NCBI GenBank assembly: GCA_040182905.1
Contig: JARQWU010000025.1
Span: 51,166 to 71,165 of the forward strand
DNA from: Barthelona sp. PAP020
Lineage: Eukaryota
DNA length: 20,000 nt
Direction of reading: 5' to 3'
Made by a program: the position numbers and the translations under genes. Under the pieces are notes generated by a model. The model did no database searches and was not told where the DNA came from. It was given only the letters and a program-made list of their open reading frames with translations. Of the stretch, positions 1 through 10,900 are shown in pieces. Each line of letters begins with the position of its first letter. Position 1 is the first letter of the stretch.

Positions 1-248
1 GCTATAAAGCTAATACTAATTGTGCTGTTCATCTCTTCAACATTCAATGACATGTTAGATAAGATTTGAAATATTTCAAGAAGCACAACCCTCGAACAAT
101 GGTCTATTCCTAGTAATGTTTGATTTTCCATTCTCTTCAGTAAATAAGTCCTGAATTCTTTTTCTGATTCTTCTTCAAGAAATGCAGCAATTTGCTTTAA
201 ATCATCAGAAGATCCTAAAAGTCCATGTAATAAGAATATTACATGCAT
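1..248 (-). CDS. DUF676 / FAM135-like putative serine esterase-lipase (alpha/beta hydrolase), 5' part, runs off the left edge
   Basis: Not in the ORF track. Manual translation from the ATG at 248 is open to base 1: MHVIFLLHGLLGSSDDLKQIAAFLEEESEKEFRTYLLKRMENQTLLGIDHCSRVVLLEIFQILSNMSLNVEEMNSTISISFI(A). 'HVIFLLHGLLGSSDDL', 'T..GID' and 'ISFI[A/G]' (normally just before the HSxGG nucleophile elbow) are typical of DUF676 proteins. The catalytic Ser would lie just outside the window. Confidence 0.8.
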   Translation of the reverse strand, partial: MHVIFLLHGLLGSSDDLKQIAAFLEEESEKEFRTYLLKRMENQTLLGIDHCSRVVLLEIFQILSNMSLNVEEMNSTISISFI

Positions 249-419
249 TTAACAATAAACTTGTGAAGTTCGCAAATTGTCAATTTCAAAATGAAAACAA
301 CAAATTGTCTTTGAAAGTCTTCATATTTTTTAATGGATTTTGAAAACTACATGTTTTGTGAACAAATAAAAGTGAATCTTATTTTTACGCATGATAAAAA
401 ACAAACAAAAAAACCAAAG

Positions 420-884
420 TCAACTTTCTTCAATCCAAGCTGCATTAATATTCTGTTGCAATGCAAGCCAACTCGATGGCACAGCTTTAGCTTCTTTATC
501 TAATCTATTTTCTGGTTCAGTGATACTGGGAGTTCTTTTTGTGTTTAATAAATTGAAAAACATTTCTTTTGTGGATGCTTGTTGTTCTGAACTAGACCTA
601 GTAGATATTTGTCGTTTAAATATTTCATTAAATAATTTTGTCACACCATTGGCAGTAATTTGTGATAGAGACTTTTCATATTCATTCATTGCTTCTGTAG
701 GCACACTATAATTTCTATTATATCTTTCTTTTTTTATTTTGGACATTTCTTTTCTTATTCTCGCTTCTTCAATTTGTCTGTCAACTTTGTGGATAGTTGA
801 TTTACTCTTAGATAAGATCGGATTCAAAGCTTTTTCTCTTCCTAATGGAATTGATAGGATTTGACTAATTGCAGTTGTGAACAT
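420..884 (-). CDS. RRP15: Ribosomal RNA-processing protein 15 (Rrp15p family, 60S biogenesis)
   Basis: 154-aa ORF, ATG to TGA. Motifs 'FTTAISQIL', 'PILSKSK', 'EYEKSLSQITANGVTKLFNEI' (cf. E+.L++iA..GVV+LFNAv), 'STKEMFFNLL' and a C-terminal 'SSWLAL' occur in the order recalled for the Rrp15 family. Confidence 0.8.
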   Translation of the reverse strand: MFTTAISQILSIPLGREKALNPILSKSKSTIHKVDRQIEEARIRKEMSKIKKERYNRNYSVPTEAMNEYEKSLSQITANGVTKLFNEIFKRQISTRSSSEQQASTKEMFFNLLNTKRTPSITEPENRLDKEAKAVPSSWLALQQNINAAWIEES

Positions 885-944
885 AATAATTTAAGAAAAA
901 AAAATGAAATGAAAAAAAGCATTCATTTGTATGTTTATGGCATA
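885..944. promoter_or_regulatory. Very short divergent intergenic region, probable bidirectional promoter for RRP15 and VPS26C
   Basis: RRP15 ATG at 884 (-) and VPS26C ATG at 945 (+) are 60 bp apart. The spacer holds an A-tract and AAATGAAATGAAA. Promoter function is inferred from geometry only. Confidence 0.5.
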
Positions 945-1841
945 ATGGCGAGTGTATCCATTGAATTGATCCGACAGAATAAGACATTTACACCTGGTTC
1001 TATTGTGGAAGGGAATATTATCATTGAAACACCATCTTCACGAAAACATTCTGGAATTGTTCTTGATATCAATGGTACTATTGATAGAAGATTTGCAGAT
1101 GAACCTACCTATGGACCTTTAAAGCCAATAGTTCTGTTAGAACAACAACAACAACTTGTACCACCTGGACTTCTTCAAGAAGGAGTTACTTCATATCCAT
1201 TTGAATTTGTTCTAGAATCTGACGATCCTAGTGAATCTTTGTATGAATCGTATTCTGGATGGTTGATTAAAATTGCCTACAAAATATCTGTTACTGTTGC
1301 TGGTTCTGTTTTCAATAGAACTCTTGAATGTTCCACACCATTTTATGTTAATATATATTCTCCCCAACAATTTTCTGAAATAAAGAAATTTGTATTGAAT
1401 CCTTCCAGTATTGGTAATAAATTACGTTTATCATCTGCATTAAAAGAGTTTAAAGTGGTTGGGCAATGGGACCAAACATCTCTTGATATAAACAATGCCT
1501 TTTCTGGTTATTTAATTGTGGAACATTCAGATTATCCGATTATTTCAATAGATTTGACTCTTACTCGAGTTGAAACTGTAGGAGATCACAAGAGTTCTCA
1601 TAAAGTACCCGAAGCTTCAATGATTCAGAATATTCAAATTGGTTCTGGTGATGTTACTCGTGGTTTGAGAATTCCCATTCACATGATAATACCCAATCAT
1701 CACGCATGCATAACAACTTATGCTAAATGGTTTTCTTTGGAATTTCAAGTAAATTTAGTAGTTGTATTTTCCATTGATGGAGAAAAATATGGTGTGGCTG
1801 AAGAAATAAAATTACCATTTTACAGAACTAAAACATATTAA
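945..1841 (+). CDS. VPS26C: VPS26C / DSCR3, arrestin-fold subunit of the Retriever complex
   Basis: 298 aa from ATG 945 (MASVSIELIRQNKTFTPG...). The ORF-track start at 861 is a TTG overlapping RRP15; an alternative in-frame ATG lies at 909. Motifs 'HSGI', 'G.TSYPFEF.L', 'LYESYSG..IKIAY', 'SIDL.L.RVETVG', 'EASMIQNIQIGSGDVTRGL.IPIHMI.P' and 'FSLEFQVNLVVVF' fit DSCR3 better than VPS26A/B, and the length fits. Confidence 0.9.
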   Translation: MASVSIELIRQNKTFTPGSIVEGNIIIETPSSRKHSGIVLDINGTIDRRFADEPTYGPLKPIVLLEQQQQLVPPGLLQEGVTSYPFEFVLESDDPSESLYESYSGWLIKIAYKISVTVAGSVFNRTLECSTPFYVNIYSPQQFSEIKKFVLNPSSIGNKLRLSSALKEFKVVGQWDQTSLDINNAFSGYLIVEHSDYPIISIDLTLTRVETVGDHKSSHKVPEASMIQNIQIGSGDVTRGLRIPIHMIIPNHHACITTYAKWFSLEFQVNLVVVFSIDGEKYGVAEEIKLPFYRTKTY

Positions 1842-1972
1842 AAAATTAAAATGCTGCAAATTAATCAGAAAATAAAAAGGTTTTAATTTATATTTTTATT
1901 TAAATTTGATAAAAAGTTTGGTATATTTTGATGATTGAACTATTACCAAATTCATGAAAAAAAGTTTACTGC

Positions 1973-4900
1973 TTAACAGCGGTTTTCACAATCAATTGAT
2001 ATTAATACGTTCTCTACGGTATTATTCAAATTATACGTGCAGTTAAAGAACAGTAAATAAACAGTCAAAATAGAATCATCAAATACTTTGACCTTTTCAT
2101 ATTCTTTCAGTTTATCATCATCTAAAATATCAATTAGACAAGTTTCCTTTAACAAAATCGAATTTCCCATCCTAAACGATAATTTTTTAATTTTTTCTTT
2201 TGACACATCTGAATATTTTGATAATTCATCGTTCAAAGATTCTTTATTTACAATATCAACATTATTAATTCTTAAATTGTTAATAGTTCTCAGAATTTGC
2301 AAATGAGAGCTCATTTGAATCTTTTTGAGATCCTTTTTCAAAATTAAAAACAATTCTTTTTGTCTTAGATTTTGAAACAGATATGCTGAAGGTTTATTCA
2401 AAAAAGTACAATCAATGACATGATGATAATTTTTAAAAGAGTTTATGGATAATGGTTGAAATATGTTTTCAAATACCTGAACAAAATTATCCAAAGTCAT
2501 AAAATCATGATTGTGCCAAATTTTGTTTTGAAAAGAAAGATTTGGTAAAATGTTGTTTGATAAATATGTAAATATTTCTAACTGCTTTAAGCAATAATTA
2601 AATTCATTAATTTCAAAAGTTTTTTTAATATTTCTTAAAAGTTTGATAAAATCTTCAAGATTTTTTTTCATTGCTACTTTGTAAGTTTGTAAATTTTCAT
2701 CAAAAGAATTGAAATCATTATTTAAGCTTGTTACACCAAATCTATCTTGTGTATTGTGAATCAATTTATTTAAATATGAGTTACATAACCTATACATTGA
2801 TAAATTAGTTTTGGAATATGTTAGTGAAAGATCTCTTTTAAAAATCCCAGAAAAATGGGAATAAATTGATTTTTTGTCTTCAAAAAGACAACTAAAATTG
2901 CTCAAAATTTTTTCAATAAAATGATCAACATTTTGTGTTTGATTATCAAAAGAAAATGAATTTATGAAAATATTAAACCAATTCTTCAACTTAATATTGT
3001 TTATCAAAGGAAAATAATAGGTGAAATCAAAAGAATTTCCATATTCTTTAAAACCCATACAACAATACAACAAATAATAATATGTGGGTTTTTTAATATT
3101 TAAAAGTTCAGCTAAGTAAGTCAAAGATATATAAATCACTGCTGTTTTTTGTTGTAATTGGGTATTAAGATCAATTTTTAAATGGGTAAAAACAAAAAAA
3201 AGTTCCATAAAAAATTTCTTTGAATTGTAAAAAGAAATTAAAAATTGATCAGATTTTTCCAAAGTTAAAGTTATTTTAGCCATATTTTCAGCAGATTCAA
3301 ATGTATATAATGAAGAATCAACATTGAAAAATTCTGTCAATTTTGTCACAAAAGCATGTAATTTTTGATCAAAAATTAGAGCAAAATTACTTTTGTCAAG
3401 TTCATCAATATCACTCTTAACACCAAAAAATTTGAATCCAATGTCATTAAAGAAACAATCCAATGCAAATAAAACTTTAGAAGGCTTTAAAACTAAAATA
3501 AAAATAACTTGATGAACGTTATGCCAAGGCTCTTCCAAAGGCAACAATAGACTTTCATTTTCTTCATAATCTAACCACTCATAAAAACTATTTTTCTTTT
3601 TTTCAAAAGATTTTTTGAAATTTTCAGAACTTTTGTTGTAATATTCTATTATTTCTTCAACACTTGTTATTTTTTCACACAAAATCATTTCAATCACTTC
3701 AATATCATGTCGTGTGATGTAACCCAATTCAAAAGCAAACTGAATACCAATTTGAAATTTTTCCATAAAATTGAACTTTTTTAAACATTCAAAAACTTGA
3801 ACAATCTCAAAATGTTCTGAAAATATGTTACAATGATGAAAAATTCCCAAAATTTTTTCTAAAATGTGAAAAACACTAATATTGTGATAAATTTGATGAC
3901 TTTTATTGACAGTAGCAATGATACAAAAAAGTTGGAAAATTTGTAAACAAGGAGTAAACTTTTCAAAATAATTTTTGTCGAAATATTCAAAAAGTTCCTG
4001 TGTATCCTTCAAAATATTGTCATCTACACTTTCAATTGTATTTTCTGGTCGGTATAAACGAATAATATTAAGCATTGTTTCTTTTGAAGAATCAGGTAAC
4101 AACAATACTCCTAAAACATAATTCAATGTTGAATTTTTCAGATGAAAATGATACTTATTGAATAGATAATGGTCCAAAGGTATTTCAGATATCCAAATTA
4201 CTTGTGTTTGCTCATTGAAGCTATTAAAATCTAATTCTTTATCAGGAAGTTCATTACAGTCAATAATATTAATAGTATTAGGTCTCAAATCTATCCACTT
4301 AGTGATCAAAGAACAATCATTAAATAGCAATGCTAAATCTTGAACTAAGCTCTTGGGAAAGTTTATTAACTGAATAAATTGATTGAAAAATATGAAACTA
4401 ATTGATAATGGATCTAATTTCAGCAAAATACTAAAGAACCCATTGGAATTTTTGATTTCAAACGATTCTAATTGATTATGATTGCTTGAAAAAGAAAAAA
4501 CTACATTATTCAACTTGAATTGATTTAACTGATCCTCATCTATAGCTGAAAAAATCTTATCTATTCCATTTGAATAAGCACTTGTCTTTCCATTCATTTC
4601 ATCAAGTAAATTGAAATCCTCATCTTCTTCATCTGAACCAATTTCTTCAACAACTTCACAAATAACATCATTTTCACCTGTAAACTCATCATAAACACTT
4701 GTAGTTTGATAAAAATCTTGACTCAATGAACTTTCATCATTTTCAAAACTATCATCAAATTCAATACCATCATTGCTGTTGTTGTTGTTATCATCATCAC
4801 TGCTAACGATCATTTCATCACTATTATCTTGAACAGATGCATAACCACCTCTACTAGAACTAATAGAATACGCTTCCGTTTCTTCCACAACACTAATAAC

Positions 4901-7900
4901 TTCAGATTGAATTTCTGTTCCAAGCATATCATCAAAAGGTATAATTGAGTTTGCATTTGATTGAAATCTGGAAGGATTATTGAGAATATCGCCAATTATC
5001 GAACCTAACATGTCAATTTGTCTACCATTGGGGAAATTAGTAATTGAACTTTGATAATGCCTGCTCAAAAATAGTATCATAAAACGTTCAACAACAGAAA
5101 TAAATTCTTTGAAATCAACACCAAAAATTAAATTCCTTTCACTCAAATCTTTGTGTAAAAATTCTTCAACTTTCTTTTTATCTTTATATAACATCAAAGG
5201 CAATAAAGAAATCTCAAAAGCACAATAAGAACTCAGAGCTTCAGCAAATTCAAAATTAATATCATGTTCGACAAAGGAAGGCTTAATCAATATTCTTTTT
5301 TCCAATTCTGCCAGCTCATTTAAGCAAATATTAACTTCCTCTTTTTTAATTAAAATCTTTTTGGTAACTTCATCCAAACTGTTTGAAAGATCTATCATTT
5401 GCTTTTTAATATCACCAATTTGTTCAATTAAAACTTCATTTTGAACATTTTGATTTGTAATTCGTTCATTTTCCATCCTTAATGTTTGTTTCAAATCATT
5501 TATAACAGGAGTAAACTGAGCAAGTTTGAAAAAATTATTTAAAGTCTCTAAAAATAATAAAAACAAGGGATTTGTAATAGGTATCATCATTTTGGCAATT
5601 GTTTGCAAAATTTTGCTGATAAATTGTAAAATTTTGTCGTCAATGATAAAGTCTTTACGATCAAATGCTTTAATATCAATGAAAAATTGTTCTCTGGCGG
5701 TTAAAGAAGCTTTCAACCTTTGTAAAAGTTCAATAGGATCTTCAATTCTATTCTCATAGGTTTGATTATCAATGATAGCATAAAACCCTAATAAAATATG
5801 GTCTAATGGATGATCTAATTGATGTATATGACATATTTGATAAATTACGTCGCCAAATTTGAAAAAATCCAAATTTTGTAAATTTTCATAACTTTTTTGA
5901 AATTTATCTAATTTTTTATTATATTCAACCTTTCTTTTATCTAAAATACTTTTTAAAGTATTGTATCGTGTAGTATTTACCTCAATAATGGATTTTTCTT
6001 TTAAAGTAGATAAAAACATTTTTCTTTCACCTAAAGAATGTATTGTATTGTCTCTACGTTCAATTAATACTTTTATTTTTTGCTTTGTTAAAGCAAACTT
6101 TTCATTTATTGCTAATTTTTCAACTAACAAGCTTTTAAAATTCTTATCATACATTTCTTTCTTTTTAGTCAATTCTTTTTTGAATTCAAAAGCAAATCTA
6201 TAAACTATATCAAATGTTTCAATCAAATGTTTGAAATATTCCTTGTTTTTACAATCAGAACTTTTAAAATTATCAAAATAATCAAAACATTTGATAAAGC
6301 AATAGCAAAGATGATGCATCAATTGTTCACTCAAATTTTCTTTATTTGTTTTTAATATCGCATTGATTTCCCAACTTAAAATTTCGTTATTCCTCAAATG
6401 AACGTCTAAACAAGGAAATATCTTTAAATAATGACGTGAATAGTTTTGATTTCCTTGAAATATAAAAGTAATATCGTTTAAACACTCATACAGTTTAAAA
6501 ACTATATTATTATTCAATATTAAATCAGCAGATATGGTTTGCAACACATTCAACATTGCTTTATCAAAAACAGTGGTAAAATACGTTTTCAGCACAAGTA
6601 ATTTGGTGTTATTGAAACTAAAATGATTCCAATAGACAATATTTAAAAGAATAAACAAAATTTTTGGGTCAAAATTATCTAAAGGTACCAAAACAATGAT
6701 CTTTTTTGAAATATGAATTTTATCAACTAAAATATTCAAAAAACTTTCAAACTTTTCTATCAAATGTTCAAAAACATAAAATTCTTCCACATTTTTCGAA
6801 CATTCCAATGTTGAACATTCCAAATGTTTGGAAGAACAAATATTTGAAATTCTTCTAATAATATCAAAACATTCGTTATCTATTCGTTCTTCACAAAAGA
6901 AATGCAAAGAATCAAATTGAATTATGAATAGAATCCAAAATATTCGTAAAATATTTGAAACATTCTTCAAATTGAATTCCTTAACAATTATTGTGAATAA
7001 ATCAAAAGTATCATTAACCAAATCAAATTCTAATCCTGTAGGTGTTTTAACAACATACATTTTTTGATTTTCAATCTTTAGATATTCTAATAATTTGACA
7101 GGAACAAAACAAACTTGTCCATAATGAATATTTGGACCAGAAGTATAGAATTTTTGGACGGAACTTTTGAAAATTTCTTTCAATTTTTTGAACTCAATCA
7201 ATTTATCAAACCTTGAAGAAATAAAACATTGAAATAAGAAGAAATATAAGATTACTTCAATATTTTCTTTCGAATTATCAAAAATACAATTGTCAATGCA
7301 ATTTTGAATCTCAAACATTAATTGTTCATGATAACCTAAAGGGTATTTAATTGAGTAAGCAAAATATAATTTCAAATTATAATTCAAATGTTTTGTAAAG
7401 GAATTTAAGATATTGTTAAAGTTTGAAAAATTATTAGTGGGAAAAAATTTAAATTTATGAAATGCAGGCAATTTTTCATATGTTTGAATTTCCCAACAAT
7501 TCTCAACATTTGTTGTTAACCCTAAGATTAACTTTAAATTGTAATGTACTTCAAGCAAATTCATTAAATAAGAAACAATTTCTTCATTAGCGATTTGAAA
7601 ATTATCCACATATAATATGAGATGGCTATTACCTTTGGAAAACATAAATTCTTCAAATTTTATTTCACATATACTGTCGATCATTTGTTTTAAAGTAATT
7701 AAATCAATTTCTTGTGTCAAATACAGATAATTGACCTCAAATTTATCAATAATATTTTGATAAGTTTCTGTGACAATCAATACATTGTCGTTGATATCAT
7801 TAAAATTGTTGTTATATGTGGTGAATTGATTAATAATTTCAAAAGAACAAGGTTTTGTATTTAAATAAAAACAAAATGATTTCAAAGTGTTTGATTGATT

Positions 7901-10900
7901 AAATTGTTTGAATAAATCTTCAAAAGAATCATTATTAGTTAAATATTGCAAAAAAATCAAACTTAATGAAAAGAAAAGTTCTAAATCAATTTGTTTCTTT
8001 TCTTTCTTTCTTTCAGCAAATATCCATTTAACACTATTCTTGATAGAATCAATCAAACCAACATAATAATACCATTCTTTGAATTTATCTTTAATTAAAC
8101 TAATGTAAATATCTAAAATTTCATAAAATATTCTGCTACTCATCAAATGCTGTATGTAAGGATATATTGAATGTAAAAACTCCAATTTATGATAGGATAT
8201 GGAGTCATTAGGTAAGAATTCAGACATTATTATACCATCAATCTTATTAACAGTTTCATGTCTCAAATAACAATCAACATTATAATTTTCTTTGATTAAC
8301 ATGATGAAAATAATGCTTTTAGAAAATTGAATCTCATCATTGATTGTTAAACGATACAATTTGAAGATATCTACATTTTCATTGATAAATATGATATCAA
8401 AATCTTCATTTTCTCCATTTTCATTTGTTTCTTCTTCTTTTTCTTCTTTTTGAATGGTACATTTCAAATCTTTATTATTTTTAGCTTGTTGTTGATAAGT
8501 TTTAAAAATGTTTTCAATTTTTTCCAAACCTAAACCATTTGATTCTGTACATTTATAAAAAGTTTTACAATTACAGGATTGAGATAGTTCTGCAATTATT
8601 TCATCTTCAGTAACATAATTAGGAACAAATATTTTTGTAAATGAAGGAATATTTCGATTATAAGAATTGAATTGTTGAATATCAGCTTTTAATATGTCAA
8701 TCAATGAAATAGATCTTGGTATGATATCAAATTGTTTAAAAAGTGTTGAATCAATAGCAAAATGTTGTAAATAACCTAATAGACATCTAGAAATTTCCAA
8801 AACACTGATAGTTACATTCTCTTTTTTTAAAACATATAATATCAATTTCCAAACTTTTTCTGTGAAAGAAAATTCAATTCCAATGTCATTTAAAGCATTT
8901 AAAATGTTGATAATAAGAGAAACATCTAAATCTTTTCTTATTAAAGAAGAATTCTTATTTTTTATAATGTCAATGATAATCAATTGTTTAATTCTATCAA
9001 TTAAGTTGAACACTTCATTTGTAACGTGATGAATTTTCCCACAAACATATTTATTAATGTTCATTTGTTGTTCATTTTCAAAATATACAATACAACATTC
9101 ATTGACACATGTATCAAAACTAAACTCTTCAATAGTAGATAATCTAAACAATACTAAAATGGAATTTTCAAGACATACATGTAAAAAATCATTGATACTT
9201 CGTTTCAAATCTTTGGAAATTTCATTCAAAATAATAATCTCATAACCAAAATATTCTTTTATTGCTTTTATTGTTTCAAATAATATACTTGATTCACAAA
9301 AAATATTTAAACAATATCCTTTGTCTAAACATTCAATCAAATCAATCAAAATATTTTCAACATAAGGTGAAGCTCTTTTAAAATCTGTGGTATTGAAAAA
9401 ACCAAAAGGTATTTTAAAATCATGATATATTATGTACTCTTCATCAAAATTAAATGTGAATGGTATTGGCTTTAAATAAAACAAAGGTTGTAAAGTAAAA
9501 CTAACAAAGTTTTCTGTTTCAATTTCTGTTTCAGTGATAAAAAAATTTTCATTTTCATTTGATGAATAAATTTCTTTCTTTTCAAATATTTGTTCAATAA
9601 CACCCAGTTTATATCCATATAAACATAATAATGTAAATATATTGATATTATTGACGTTAGTATTTAAATCAGTAGATAATAATGAATAAATTTTATCATA
9701 AATGTCTTGACAAATCTCTAAATTATCATAATTTTTATCTAAATATTCTTTCAATAAAATGTATTGATATTTTTCCGAAAATTCTTTGATTTGTTGCAAA
9801 AAGTCATGAAAATTCAGATTTACATCTCGAATATATTTAAAATATACAATTTTCAATTCAATGAATACTTCAATTTTTTGATTTTTCATTCTTTGTATTA
9901 ATGAATAGATACAATCTGAAAAATTTATAAATTCATCGATTTGTGGTAAAAACAGTTCTCTATTCAATACAGTAGTTTGTTTACGCAAATAAAAATTGAT
10001 TAAATATTTTTCCAAAGTGTTTCCATTAAATAAAATGAATAAAGATGATTCATTTAATAATTTAGTTCGATAAAAATCAATAAATGAATTGAATAAACGT
10101 GTTAAATCAATATCTAATTGATTAAACTTGTTATTTGCTTCAATTTCATTCAGTTTATTGATAGTTTCAAGAAAACTTGAAGATTCTTTTATAATACTCA
10201 AAATATAACAATATTTATCATAAATCATTAAAAATCTTTGGGTTAAAGGAGGATGATTGTATATATTTCCTAATAGAAATGCTTTTTGAAAATTTTGAGA
10301 AATATTTTCCAAAACTTTCAAAACTTTCATGGTCTTATCTAATAATATAATATAATCATTTGAAACATTTGATATTTCTTTGGTAGTTATCCAATTAATT
10401 TGTAACAATTTTTCAAATATTTCATGAATATGTGTCATTAAACTTTTGGATCTTTCATTTAAAATGGAAAATTCTTCTATTATCGAAATTTTAACATCTA
10501 TTTTATCTTCCATTTCTTGTTCACTGTTTTTAATTGAATCCTTTTTTGAATTATTACTGTTATACCCAAAATAAATTGTATTCATTGAATCTTCTCGTTT
10601 TTTATTCAAGATTTTTAAACGAGTTAAAAATCCTTTTATGTGTTGTTGAATGAAAACAATATTTTGTAATTTTTCAACTTGTTTTTTAATATTTTTTCGA
10701 TATTCCAAATAATTTTCATCAGTTAAAAGAAATTTTCGCACATAAATACCTTTAAAAAATGCTTGAATTTTTTCTTGAGCAGTGACACCAATTGATATGG
10801 GTTTTTGTACAGTTAATTTGGTAGCAATTCGTTCTTCATTAACTATTGCAGCATCTTTTAATCTTTTTAAGGTTCTAATGTCTTCAACATCATCTTTGTT

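Noticed and set aside
391..711. 106-aa plus-strand ORF
   Set aside because: Antisense shadow of RRP15 with no recognisable motifs.
4583..4606. 'LDEMNGKT' as a possible Walker A in the dynein-like protein
   Set aside because: No Gly/Ala at the first position of GxxxxGKT, and it lies in the disordered acidic insert, not after a hydrophobic beta-strand.
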